A stretch of DNA of 64,000 bases from Escherichia coli (GCF_016026235.1 NZ_CP065613.1), one strand, 5' to 3'; numbered from the stretch's first letter, positions 41,692-55,335 are shown. Notes: generated by a model not told the origin, from the letters alone. Numbers and translations: made by a program.

Positions 41692-42723
41692 TTATTTACC
41701 CATCTTCACTTCGCTGACCCATTTATTAATCAATGCCTTACGAACATCCGTGGAACCATATTTATCCATGTCGTAGTTGATTAATTTCAGGTCGTCGAGC
41801 TTCAGTGAATTTGGCGACGTTTCGGCGGTGGTATTGGTCAGGATCTGATAAGACTTCCCTTTCTTCCACGCCAGTTCCTGAGCTTCTTTTGATAATACCC
41901 AGTCCACAAACAGTTTGGCGTTGTCGAGGTTGCGCGCGCCTTTCAGAATGCTGACGCCGCCAATTTCGTAGCCTGTACCTTCACACGGGGAAATCAACTC
42001 CAGCGGCGCGCCCTGTTCTTTTTCCAGCGAGTAGTCATGCAGGAAGCCAATACCAATCGCCGTTTCGCCACGGGCGGCGTTACGTGCCGGGGCTATGCCT
42101 GATTTGGTGTACTGAGAGACGTTGGCGTTCAGTTGTTTTAGATAATCAAAGGCCTGATCTTCCCCCCACAGCTGCGCAAAAGTAGCCAGGGCGGTGTAGG
42201 CAGTACCGGAACTTTGCGGATCGGCAATTTGAATTTCGCCTTTATATTCCGGTTTGGTGAGATCTTTCCAGCACTTCGGCACCGGCAGGTTTTTCTCTTT
42301 CAGACGATCGGTGTTTACGCCAAAACCGAGGATCCCCACATAAACGGCAGAGGACAGATTCCCTTTCACTTTTGCCGGATCGCGGAATTTCTCCATGATC
42401 TGCTCAAGGTTAGGGGATTTATACGCCTGTAGCAGGCCCATCTCGCCAGCCTGCGATTGTGGGTCTAAAGTGCCGCCGTACCAGACGTCAGCCTGGGGGT
42501 TTTTCTTTTCAGCATCGACTTTTGCCAGGGTGCTTCCGGAACCGTTGCGGATAAACGAGGTTTTTACATCATATTTCTCGCCAAACGCTTTGGTTTCGGC
42601 CTCACACATTTCATTGGTGGCGCTGCAATAGACCACCAGCCGGCCTTTTGCCTGCGCGGCACCCGTTAAAGTCGCCAGCGCAACGGCAGAAGCAATCAGA
42701 GTAGAGGTAAAGGTCATTTTCAT
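41692..42723 (-). CDS. afuA: Periplasmic substrate-binding protein (AfuA/FbpA-like), 343 aa
   Basis: Signal peptide MKMTFTSTLIASAVALATLTGAAQA; start at 42723, overlapping the stop of the upstream MFS gene by 2 nt. Confidence 0.8.
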   Translation of the reverse strand: MKMTFTSTLIASAVALATLTGAAQAKGRLVVYCSATNEMCEAETKAFGEKYDVKTSFIRNGSGSTLAKVDAEKKNPQADVWYGGTLDPQSQAGEMGLLQAYKSPNLEQIMEKFRDPAKVKGNLSSAVYVGILGFGVNTDRLKEKNLPVPKCWKDLTKPEYKGEIQIADPQSSGTAYTALATFAQLWGEDQAFDYLKQLNANVSQYTKSGIAPARNAARGETAIGIGFLHDYSLEKEQGAPLELISPCEGTGYEIGGVSILKGARNLDNAKLFVDWVLSKEAQELAWKKGKSYQILTNTTAETSPNSLKLDDLKLINYDMDKYGSTDVRKALINKWVSEVKMGK

Positions 42724-44036
42724 TGTTTTATCCTTCGAGCGTGAGTGGTGGTGATGCCCGCCATCAGTAACGGCATCAGCAGTAAACCCATAAGTACTGC
42801 GGCGACCGAGAGTAAACTGAACATTCCCGGCCAGCCGTAGCGTTCGATGACCAGCGACAGCGGCCAGCCTGCCAGCGCTGCGCCAAGGTAAGCGAACAGG
42901 CCGAGAAATCCGGTGATTGAACCCGCCGCAGCTTTGTGCCCACACTCCACCGCCGCAAGTCCAATCAGCATTTGTGGGCCAAAGACGAAAAAGCCCACGG
43001 TAAAAAAGCACACTGCCAGCAGAGCGTAGTGATGAACCGGTGCCAGCCACAGTGCGGCGACTGACACCATCAACCCCAACGTGAACAGCAAAATCATTGG
43101 CGCTCGTTGCCCGCTAAACAGCAAATCCGATCCCCATCCGGCAAATAACGCGCCGAGTAAGCCGCCCACTTCAAACAGCATTACCGTGGCGTTGGCGCTG
43201 AGCAGGTTGACACCGTGGCTTTCCGTCAGCCAGATATTGCCCCAGTCGTTAAGCGCAATCCGGATCACATAAACCAGTACATAAGAGACGCCCAGTAGCC
43301 AGATCAGCGGATTTTGCAGCATGGTGGTGCGCAACATTTGCCACAGCCCCATCGGCGGACTTTGTTGTTCCTGACGTAACTCCAGCGGATCGTGACGCCA
43401 GTGACCAACTGTCGGTAATCCCTCTTCCTGGGGCGTGCCTTTGAGTTGTAGCGTTAACCAGATCCCTAATGCCATGCTGATTATCCCCGGTGTCAGCATC
43501 GCGGCCTGCCAGCCCCACCAGTGGGCGGCAAAGGCGCTAATCAGCGGAATAATCGCTCCGCCAATGTTGATCGACATATTCCAGCAGCCCCACCAGAAAC
43601 CGCGCTCATTGCGTGAGTACCAGTGGGTCAGCAAGCGGGCACACGGTGGCCATCCCCAGCCCTGAAAAAAACCGTTCAGTGTCCAGACCACAAGCAGAAG
43701 CGTAAGTGATTCGCCAAAGGCAAACACCACGTTCAATAACCCGGTGGCGAACAAGCCGACGCCCATAAAACCGCGTTGTCCGTGGCTGTCATGCCACAGT
43801 CCGGCGGTAAATTTCGACAATCCGTAGCTGAGATAAAACAGCGAACCCAGCAGGCCAATGTCGCCTTTATCCAGTCCGAGGTCGGTTTGTAGCGCCGGAA
43901 GGACGTAATTCACGCTTTTTCGCGTCAGATAAAATGCGGCGTAGCCAATAATCATGCACATCAGCAATCGCGGACGTAATGTCCGGTAGCATTGATCAAT
44001 TTCTCTCGCTGAACGCGCGTGCATGGTTGTCTCCAT
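42720..44036 (-). CDS. UhpC-like MFS sugar-phosphate sensor/transporter, 438 aa
   Basis: MFS organophosphate:phosphate antiporter family; UhpC-like blocks FFQGWGWPPCARLLTHWYSRNERGFWW and FFVFGPQMLIGLAAVECGHKAAAGSITGF. Confidence 0.8.
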   Translation of the reverse strand: METTMHARSAREIDQCYRTLRPRLLMCMIIGYAAFYLTRKSVNYVLPALQTDLGLDKGDIGLLGSLFYLSYGLSKFTAGLWHDSHGQRGFMGVGLFATGLLNVVFAFGESLTLLLVVWTLNGFFQGWGWPPCARLLTHWYSRNERGFWWGCWNMSINIGGAIIPLISAFAAHWWGWQAAMLTPGIISMALGIWLTLQLKGTPQEEGLPTVGHWRHDPLELRQEQQSPPMGLWQMLRTTMLQNPLIWLLGVSYVLVYVIRIALNDWGNIWLTESHGVNLLSANATVMLFEVGGLLGALFAGWGSDLLFSGQRAPMILLFTLGLMVSVAALWLAPVHHYALLAVCFFTVGFFVFGPQMLIGLAAVECGHKAAAGSITGFLGLFAYLGAALAGWPLSLVIERYGWPGMFSLLSVAAVLMGLLLMPLLMAGITTTHARRIKQ

Positions 44037-44108
44037 GTTGCTGACTATATGAAAATGAAAGTGAAAGGGGATGAGAGAAAATCCGGGATACCTAAGACTT
44101 TTTCCTGG

Positions 44109-45650
44109 TTATCCGGCGATTTGTTGCAAAAATGTGGGCAAGTTAACAATTACCCGCGTGCCGTGCTGTTTTTCGAGCGTTAAGTCGCCGCCCAGGGCGC
44201 TGACGCGCTCACGCATCCCCTGAATGCCAAATCCGGCCATTTTCCCGCTGGCGATCCCCACACCGTTGTCGCTGACTTCCAGATGCAATACCTCTCCCTG
44301 CTGGCGCAGGATAATCGTCACTTCGCTGGCTTCGGCGTGTTTACAGATGTTATTGAGCAACTCCTGCAATAACCGATACAAGGTAAAGCGCACCGTTTCG
44401 TTTTCTGGTGTGGAGTTCAGTTGATAGGCAAACTGGCAATGAATGCCGCGTTCACTAAAGGCAAATTCATTAATCAGATGCAGCAACGCTTCGCGAAATG
44501 TCAGTTCATCAAGCGCGGGAGGCCGCAACTGGCGCAGCAATTGGCGGGTGGAGAGATGAATGCGGCGGGCGAGCTCATTGATTTGGCTGGCTGCGGATTG
44601 AATTTGCGCCGGATCACGCGCCCGCTTCACCAGTTGCGACTGGATCTGAATGGCGGTGATGTTCTGACCGATTTCGTCGTGCAGCTCTCGCGCCAGGTTT
44701 TTTCGCGTGTCCTCCTCGGTGTGGATCAGCTTTTCCGCCAATGCCCGCCGCGCTGCCAGCTCGGCCTCCAGCCGTTGTCGGTAATGGTGCAGGTTTAGCG
44801 CCAGATGTTGCTGGCGACTGATGGCAATGCCCAGGCCAATTCCCAGCAAGGCCTGGGTCGCGAGGAAAATCTCCAGCTCCACCAGGTTACTAAAGCCCAC
44901 GCCAATCTGGCGGGCGATGGTGATCATCATGCTGCCCAAAAGCCCGGAGAGTACGCCACCTTGCCAGCCAAATTTCCACGCCATCACCACATTGGGCAAA
45001 AAGACCACGATCAACAGCAGACGTTCAATTTCAGGTGACAGCACCATCTGAGTGCCGATACCAATAATAAAAAACAGGCTACACCAGATGATTAAAGAGG
45101 TACGCAAGGGGGGATTATGCGTATCGAGTCCCAGGAGCTGGTAGCGATGCTGCTGGCGCAGAAACTCAAAGATAAGATAGACAAACGGCGTCAGTAATAC
45201 GCCGCCGGTAAATGAGGTCAAACCCGGCAGCATTATTGGGCCTGACATAAAAGGGGAGAGCAGGGCGGTATTCAACAATGAAGCTGCCGTGACAGTGGCT
45301 AACAGCAACGTCAGACGCTGCCAGTAAAGTGGAAAACGGTGCCAGAAGTTTTGCGCGAGGAGGACAGGAAACAGGCTAATAACCGGCGTTGCCAGCATGA
45401 GATAACCGTTCAATAGCTGTTCACTATGGAGCCAGAACATCATCAGCAAAGGGGGGAGCACCAACGCAGGCCAGTAGCGGCGAGAGAGCAAAATAACAAG
45501 GGCGAGATAAACTCCCTGCGGGAGAAACAACACCGCCTGTTGACCGTTATTGGTCAGATAAAAGCTGAGCGTCCACAGCATCAGCCAGCCGGTTCCCCAG
45601 GCCAGCACAATAAACAGCGAAATCACCCAATGACGAAGATTGCGCGACAT
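44109..45650 (-). CDS. UhpB-like sensor histidine kinase (polytopic N-terminal domain, HisKA_3, HATPase), 513 aa
   Basis: H-box LARELHDEIGQ, C-terminal ATPase (EVSDNGVGI ... GFGIQGMRERV), about 8 TM helices. Confidence 0.8.
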   Translation of the reverse strand: MSRNLRHWVISLFIVLAWGTGWLMLWTLSFYLTNNGQQAVLFLPQGVYLALVILLSRRYWPALVLPPLLMMFWLHSEQLLNGYLMLATPVISLFPVLLAQNFWHRFPLYWQRLTLLLATVTAASLLNTALLSPFMSGPIMLPGLTSFTGGVLLTPFVYLIFEFLRQQHRYQLLGLDTHNPPLRTSLIIWCSLFFIIGIGTQMVLSPEIERLLLIVVFLPNVVMAWKFGWQGGVLSGLLGSMMITIARQIGVGFSNLVELEIFLATQALLGIGLGIAISRQQHLALNLHHYRQRLEAELAARRALAEKLIHTEEDTRKNLARELHDEIGQNITAIQIQSQLVKRARDPAQIQSAASQINELARRIHLSTRQLLRQLRPPALDELTFREALLHLINEFAFSERGIHCQFAYQLNSTPENETVRFTLYRLLQELLNNICKHAEASEVTIILRQQGEVLHLEVSDNGVGIASGKMAGFGIQGMRERVSALGGDLTLEKQHGTRVIVNLPTFLQQIAG

Positions 45651-46279
45651 TAATGCCCCGCCAGCAGATGGTGGTCGAGCGCAAAATGTACCAGTTCAAT
45701 GGTGCTATGGCAGTTCAGTTTTCCCAGCACATTGGCGCGATGCACATGTACCGTTTTATGACTGAGTTCGAGTTTAAAGGCGATCTCTTTAACGCTGTCT
45801 CCTTTGACCAGTAAATCAAACACTTCACGTTCTCGTGGGGTGAGAATTTCCAGCGCCTGGGCGGGTTGCCCGCCGCCGCGTAAAGCCCGAATCGCATCGG
45901 CACAGAGATAATGCCCGCCCAGCCCGACCGAGCGCACCGCCTGCACTAACTCTTCCGGCCCACAGCGTTTGGTTAAATACCCGCTGGCACCGGCATCCAG
46001 CGCGCTTTGCACAAAGGTTGGCGCGTCATAAATGCTAAGAATAATGGCGCGAAATTGCGGTTTTTGTGCACGCAGGCGCTTAAGCAAACTGAGGCCGTTT
46101 TCGTCCGGCATGGCAATATCAATGACGGCAACATTGACGTCATCACGGATTAATGCCGACCATGCCTGCGCGGCACTACTGTACTGACCAATGACCTCCA
46201 GATCGTCTTCCAGAGAGAGTAATTGTGCGAAGCCAGAGCGCACCACCACATGGTCATCCACCAGCACTACCCGAATCAT
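45650..46279 (-). CDS. UhpA-like response regulator (NarL/FixJ family, LuxR-type HTH), 209 aa
   Basis: Receiver domain VVLVDDHVVVRSGF ... DIAMPDENG; C-terminal LTPREREVF ... SHKTVHVHRANVLGKL. Confidence 0.85.
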   Translation of the reverse strand: MIRVVLVDDHVVVRSGFAQLLSLEDDLEVIGQYSSAAQAWSALIRDDVNVAVIDIAMPDENGLSLLKRLRAQKPQFRAIILSIYDAPTFVQSALDAGASGYLTKRCGPEELVQAVRSVGLGGHYLCADAIRALRGGGQPAQALEILTPREREVFDLLVKGDSVKEIAFKLELSHKTVHVHRANVLGKLNCHSTIELVHFALDHHLLAGH

Positions 46280-46581
46280 ACTTTTCTTCTCTTATTATCT
46301 AATTCTCCTATCATGCATCACGGCGCGGCGCTGGCAATCAACCAGCGACAGATATGGAATGGATGTAACAAAATGGCAATAATTTGCCGGAGCGCGCACA
46401 TCTTATCTGGCTTGTGAACCGGCGGGATACGTTCGCCAAAACCGCAAAATGCGCAAACTCGCTAACCATTGCCGATTTTTTTCTAAAAACGCTTTGTTCT
46501 TAACAAGACCTTTTAATTCCTTTATCAAACTGACCCGCAACGAAATACTGCTCCCATAACAAGACAGGGGAGCAGACAATC

Positions 46582-47544
46582 ATGGCAATTTCATCGCGTA
46601 ACACACTTCTTGCCGCACTGGCATTCATCGCTTTTCAGGCACAGGCGGTGAACGTCACCGTGGCGTATCAAACCTCAGCCGAACCGGCGAAAGTGGCTCA
46701 GGCCGACAACACCTTTGCTAAAGAAAGCGGAGCAACCGTGGACTGGCGTAAGTTTGACAGCGGAGCCAGCATCGTGCGGGCGCTGGCTTCAGGCGACGTG
46801 CAAATCGGCAACCTCGGTTCCAGCCCGTTAGCGGTTGCAGCCAGCCAACAGGTGCCGATTGAAGTCTTCTTGCTGGCGTCAAAACTGGGTAACTCCGAAG
46901 CGCTGGTGGTAAAGAAAACTATCAGCAAACCGGAAGATCTGATTGGCAAACGCATCGCCGTACCGTTTATCTCCACCACCCACTACAGCCTGCTGGCGGC
47001 GCTGAAACACTGGGGCATTAAACCCGGGCAAGTGGAGATTGTGAACCTGCAGCCGCCCGCGATTATCGCTGCCTGGCAGCGGGGAGACATTGATGGTGCT
47101 TATGTCTGGGCACCGGCGGTTAACGCCCTGGAAAAAGACGGCAAGGTGCTGACCGATTCTGAACAGGTCGGGCAGTGGGGCGCGCCAACGCTGGACGTTT
47201 GGGTGGTGCGCAAAGATTTTGCCGAGAAACATCCTGAGGTCGTGAAAGCGTTCGCTAAAAGCGCCATCGATGCTCAGCAACCGTACATTGCTAACCCAGA
47301 CGTGTGGCTGAAACAGCCGGAAAACATCAGCAAACTGGCGCGTTTAAGCGGCGTGCCTGAAGGTGACGTTCCGGGGCTGGTGAAGGGGAATACCTATCTG
47401 ACGCCGCAGCAACAAACGGCAGAACTGACCGGACCGGTGAACAAAGCGATTATCGACACCGCGCAGTTTTTGAAAGAGCAGGGCAAGGTCCCGGCTGTAG
47501 CGAATGATTACAGCCAGTACGTTACCTCGCGCTTCGTGCAATAA
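46582..47544 (+). CDS. tauA: Taurine-binding periplasmic protein, 320 aa
   Basis: Signal peptide, NMT1/SsuA-like binding protein; first gene of tauABCD. Confidence 0.95.
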   Translation: MAISSRNTLLAALAFIAFQAQAVNVTVAYQTSAEPAKVAQADNTFAKESGATVDWRKFDSGASIVRALASGDVQIGNLGSSPLAVAASQQVPIEVFLLASKLGNSEALVVKKTISKPEDLIGKRIAVPFISTTHYSLLAALKHWGIKPGQVEIVNLQPPAIIAAWQRGDIDGAYVWAPAVNALEKDGKVLTDSEQVGQWGAPTLDVWVVRKDFAEKHPEVVKAFAKSAIDAQQPYIANPDVWLKQPENISKLARLSGVPEGDVPGLVKGNTYLTPQQQTAELTGPVNKAIIDTAQFLKEQGKVPAVANDYSQYVTSRFVQ

Positions 47545-47556
47545 AAGGAGGCGCAG

Positions 47557-48324
47557 ATGCTGCAAATCTCTCATCTTTACGCCGATTATGGCGGCAAACC
47601 GGCACTGGAAGATATCAACCTGACGCTGGAAAGCGGCGAACTACTGGTGGTGCTGGGGCCGTCCGGCTGCGGTAAAACCACCCTGCTGAATCTGATTGCC
47701 GGTTTTGTGCCTTATCAGCATGGCAGCATTCAACTGGCGGGTAAGCGTATTGAGGGACCGGGAGCAGAGCGTGGCGTAGTTTTTCAGAATGAAGGGCTAC
47801 TACCGTGGCGCAATGTACAGGACAACGTGGCGTTCGGCCTGCAATTGGCAGGTATAGAGAAAATGCAGCGACTGGAAATCGCGCACCAGATGCTGAAAAA
47901 AGTGGGGCTGGAAGGCGCAGAAAAACGCTACATCTGGCAGCTTTCCGGCGGTCAACGTCAGCGGGTGGGCATTGCCCGCGCGCTGGCGGCGAATCCCCAG
48001 CTGTTATTACTCGACGAACCGTTTGGTGCGCTGGACGCCTTCACCCGCGACCAGATGCAAACCCTGCTGCTGAAACTCTGGCAGGAGACGGGCAAGCAGG
48101 TGCTGTTGATTACCCACGATATAGAAGAAGCGGTGTTTATGGCGACTGAACTGGTTCTGCTTTCATCCGGCCCTGGACGTGTGCTGGAGCGGCTGCCGCT
48201 CAACTTTGCTCGCCGCTTTGTTGCGGGAGAGTCGAGCCGCAGCATCAAGTCCGATCCACAATTCATCGCCATGCGCGAATATGTTTTAAGCCGCGTATTT
48301 GAGCAACGGGAGGCGTTCTCATGA
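47557..48324 (+). CDS. tauB: Taurine ABC transporter ATP-binding protein, 255 aa
   Basis: Walker [10 protein letters not shown], signature LSGGQRQRV. Confidence 0.95.
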   Translation: MLQISHLYADYGGKPALEDINLTLESGELLVVLGPSGCGKTTLLNLIAGFVPYQHGSIQLAGKRIEGPGAERGVVFQNEGLLPWRNVQDNVAFGLQLAGIEKMQRLEIAHQMLKKVGLEGAEKRYIWQLSGGQRQRVGIARALAANPQLLLLDEPFGALDAFTRDQMQTLLLKLWQETGKQVLLITHDIEEAVFMATELVLLSSGPGRVLERLPLNFARRFVAGESSRSIKSDPQFIAMREYVLSRVFEQREAFS

Positions 48325-49148
48325 GTGTGCTCATTAATGAAAAACTGCATTCGCGGCGGCTGAAATGGCGCTGGCCGCTCTCGCGTCAGGTGACCTTAAG
48401 CATTGGCACGTTAGCGGTTTTACTCACTGTATGGTGGACGGTGGCGGCGCCGCAACTGATTAGCCCGCTGTTTTTGCCGCCGCCGCAACAAGTACTGGCA
48501 AAACTGCTCACCATTGCCGGACCGCAGGGATTTATGGACGCCACGCTGTGGCAGCATCTGGCAGCCAGCCTGACGCGCATTGTGCTGGCGCTACTCGCGG
48601 CGGTGTTGATCGGCATTCCGGTCGGGATCGCCATGGGGCTAAGCCCGACGGTGCGCGGCATTCTGGATCCGGTAATCGAACTTTATCGTCCGGTGCCGCC
48701 GCTGGCTTATTTACCACTGATGGTGATCTGGTTTGGTATTGGCGAAACCTCGAAGATCTTACTGATCTATTTAGCGATTTTTGCGCCGGTGGCGATGTCG
48801 GCGCTGGCAGGGGTGAAAAGCGCGCAGCAGGTTCGCATTCGTGCCGCCCAGTCGCTGGGTGCCAGCCGTGCGCAGGTGCTGTGGTTTGTCATTTTGCCCG
48901 GCGCGCTGCCGGAAATCCTCACCGGATTACGCATTGGTCTGGGGGTGGGCTGGTCTACCCTGGTAGCGGCGGAGCTGATTGCCGCGACGCGCGGTTTAGG
49001 ATTTATGGTTCAGTCAGCGGGTGAATTTCTCGCGACTGACGTGGTGCTGGCGGGGATCGCGGTGATTGCGATTATCGCCTTTCTTTTAGAACTGGGTTTG
49101 CGCGCGTTACAGCGCCGACTGACGCCCTGGCATGGAGAAGTACAATGA
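48321..49148 (+). CDS. tauC: Taurine ABC transporter permease, 275 aa
   Basis: 6-TM BPD permease; 4-nt overlap with tauB. Confidence 0.95.
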   Translation: MSVLINEKLHSRRLKWRWPLSRQVTLSIGTLAVLLTVWWTVAAPQLISPLFLPPPQQVLAKLLTIAGPQGFMDATLWQHLAASLTRIVLALLAAVLIGIPVGIAMGLSPTVRGILDPVIELYRPVPPLAYLPLMVIWFGIGETSKILLIYLAIFAPVAMSALAGVKSAQQVRIRAAQSLGASRAQVLWFVILPGALPEILTGLRIGLGVGWSTLVAAELIAATRGLGFMVQSAGEFLATDVVLAGIAVIAIIAFLLELGLRALQRRLTPWHGEVQ

Positions 49149-49996
49149 GTGAACGTCTGAGCATTACCCCGCTGGGGCCGTATATTGGCGCACAAATTTC
49201 GGGTGCCGACCTGACGCGCCCGTTAAGCGATAATCAGTTTGAACAGCTTTACCATGCGGTGCTGCGCCATCAGGTGGTGTTTCTGCGCGATCAAGCTATT
49301 ACACCGCTGCAGCAACGCGCGCTGGCCCAGCGTTTTGGCGAACTGCATATTCACCCTGTTTACCCTCATGCCGAAGGGGTTGACGAGATCATCGTGCTGG
49401 ATACCCATAACGATAATCCGCCAGATAACGACAACTGGCATACCGATGTGACATTTATTGAAACGCCACCCGCAGGGGCGATTCTGGCAGCGAAAGAGTT
49501 ACCTTCGACCGGCGGCGATACGCTCTGGACCAGCGGTATTGCGGCCTATGAGGCGCTCTCTGTTCCCTTCCGCCAACTGCTGAGCGGGCTGCGTGCGGAG
49601 CATGATTTTCGTAAATCGTTCCCGGAATACAAATACCGCAAAACAGAGGAGGAACATCAACCCTGGCGCGAGGCGGTCGCGAAAAACCCGCCGTTGCTAC
49701 ATCCGGTGGTGCGAACGCATCCGGTGAGCGGTAAACAGGCGCTGTTTGTGAATGAAGGCTTTACTACGCGAATTGTTGATGTGAGCGAGAAAGAGAGCGA
49801 AGCCTTGTTAAGTTTTTTGTTTGCCCATATCACCAAACCGGAGTTTCAGGTGCGCTGGCGCTGGCAACCAAATGATATTGCGATTTGGGATAACCGCGTG
49901 ACCCAGCACTATGCCAATGCCGATTACCTGCCACAGCGACGGATTATGCATCGGGCGACGATTCTTGGGGATAAACCGTTTTATCGGGCGGGGTAA
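49145..49996 (+). CDS. tauD: Taurine dioxygenase (Fe/2-oxoglutarate dependent), 283 aa
   Basis: TauD/TfdA family HxD...H triad (WHTDVTF). Confidence 0.95.
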   Translation: MSERLSITPLGPYIGAQISGADLTRPLSDNQFEQLYHAVLRHQVVFLRDQAITPLQQRALAQRFGELHIHPVYPHAEGVDEIIVLDTHNDNPPDNDNWHTDVTFIETPPAGAILAAKELPSTGGDTLWTSGIAAYEALSVPFRQLLSGLRAEHDFRKSFPEYKYRKTEEEHQPWREAVAKNPPLLHPVVRTHPVSGKQALFVNEGFTTRIVDVSEKESEALLSFLFAHITKPEFQVRWRWQPNDIAIWDNRVTQHYANADYLPQRRIMHRATILGDKPFYRAG

Positions 49997-50001
49997 TACG
50001 A

Positions 50002-50126
50002 GAGTGGACGGTCCCCTTGAGCGGCGAAAGAACGTTGATATAGATGAAGCGAGTGCGGACGGTCCACTCAAGCGGCGAAAGAACGGTGATATAGATGAAA
50101 CGAGTGCGGACGGTCCCCTCGCCCCC
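50002..50126. repeat. Tandem direct repeat, about 2.5 copies of a 49-51 bp unit, in the tauD-hemB convergent spacer
   Basis: gagtg(c)ggacggtcc..tcaagcggcgaaagaacg.tgatatagatgaa.c at 50002, 50051 and 50102. Confidence 0.8.
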
Positions 50127-50141
50127 TTGGGGTTAGGGTGA

Positions 50142-50180
50142 GGGGGAGTTCACTGTACTTTCAATAGGTTAACTCCCCCC
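50142..50180. terminator. GC-rich hairpin (GGGGGAGTT / AACTCCCCC) between convergent tauD and hemB; candidate bidirectional terminator
   Basis: 9-bp perfect stem with a 20-nt loop. Confidence 0.4.
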
Positions 50181-50199
50181 ATCGGAAGGCGTAAAAGTA

Positions 50200-51174
50200 T
50201 TAACGCAGAATCTTCTTCTCAGCCAGATCCAGCGCAAAGTAGCTGAAAATCAGATCCGCACCTGCACGCTTAATCGAACCTAAGCTTTCGAGCACCACTT
50301 TCTCTTCATCTATAGCACCCGCCAGCGCGGCGAACTTAATCATCGCGTACTCACCGCTCACCTGATACGCGCCAATCGGCAATTCAGTACGTTCACGCAG
50401 CTCACGCACGATGTCGAGGTACGCTCCAGCAGGTTTAACCATCAGGCAGTCTGCGCCCTGGGCTTCATCCAGCAGTGACTCACGAATCGCCTCACGACGG
50501 TTCATTGGGTTCATCTGATAGCTTTTGCGGTCGCCTTTTAATGCGCTTCCGGCAGCTTCACGGAACGGGCCATAAAAGGAGGAGGCGAACTTGGTCGAAT
50601 ACGACATAATCGCCGTATCTTTAAAGCCCGCAGCGTCCAGCGCCTGGCGAATTGCCTGTACCTGGCCGTCCATCGCGGCGGAAGGGGCGATGAAGTCTGC
50701 GCCTGCAGCAGCTGCAACCACGGCTTGCTTGCCTAAATTTTCCAGAGTCGCGTCGTTGTCGACGCCATGCTCGCACAGCACACCGCAGTGACCGTGAGAA
50801 GTGTATTCACAGAAACAAGTGTCTGACATGACGATCATTTCTGGCACAGTCTGCTTGCAGATGCGCGACATACGCGCCACCAGTCCATCTTCCCGCCAGG
50901 CGTCGCTGCCGGTTTCATCGGTATGGTGAGAGATGCCGAAAGTCATCACGGAACGAATACCGGCGTTGGCGATGCGTTCAATTTCGCGTGCCAGATGTTT
51001 CTCTGGAATGCGCATCACGCCTGGCATGGCTTCAACGGCTTTGTAGTCGTCAATTTCTTCTTCAACAAAGATCGGCAACACCAGGTCGTTAAGGCTAAGT
51101 GTTGTCTCTTCAAACATAGCGCGCAGCGCAGGAGATTTGCGCAGGCGACGAGGGCGTTGGATTAAGTCTGTCAT
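50200..51174 (-). CDS. hemB: Porphobilinogen synthase (delta-aminolevulinate dehydratase), 324 aa
   Basis: Start at [13 protein letters not shown]; ALAD family. Confidence 0.95.
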
Positions 51175-51699
51175 GGTCTGCCTGATGTTTGTGGAATTAA
51201 GGTGCACAGTATACCTGAAGCGGGGCAGGAGTGTTTTACGAAAGTTGTCGTGATGTTGACAAGAAGAGAATGAAAGAGAGACCAGGACATCTTTGTAATA
51301 GAAATAGCAATAATTTCATATTCACTGAAAATATTTTTAATTTTTATTTATAGCCATAGATTATTGTTTTTGGGGATTTGGTGACGTTTTCAAAAAGTGA
51401 ATAACTTAAAGTTCATTGCTTATTGATACATTATTTGTCTGTTTTAGTTGTTTTATATTTTCATGGTCTATGTTTTAAAATTAACGCTTTCATTAACGTA
51501 TTGAAATATTGTGTTTTTGTTATTTATTTCTGTGTGTGTGTTCACGTGCTTTATATATGTCCGCAATCGGACTTAGGGGAAAGAATAATTGAACCATTCC
51601 TCTATAACGCCGCATAATCGTCAACGCGAAACATAATATGTTTTCTATGCATTGATAATTGATGGATCAACTTATTACGTCCCTGAGGAGGGATGACAA

Positions 51700-54645
<2,946 letters not shown>

Positions 54646-54646
54646 A

Positions 54647-55335
<689 letters not shown>

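Noticed and set aside
38487-42723. Calling the ABC system a ferric-iron uptake operon
   Set aside because: The family resemblance alone is insufficient; the context (Uhp-like sensor, no iron-regulation signal seen) argues against it, so the product is left as an AfuABC-type importer of unproven substrate.
42724-43050. 109-aa N-terminal extension of afuA (ORF track 41692-43050)
   Set aside because: The extension overlaps the 3-prime end of the MFS gene in another frame; the signal peptide begins at MKMTFTS (42723).
51531-51540. (TG)5 as a phase-variation switch
   Set aside because: Too short for efficient slipped-strand mispairing; kept only as a low-interest note.
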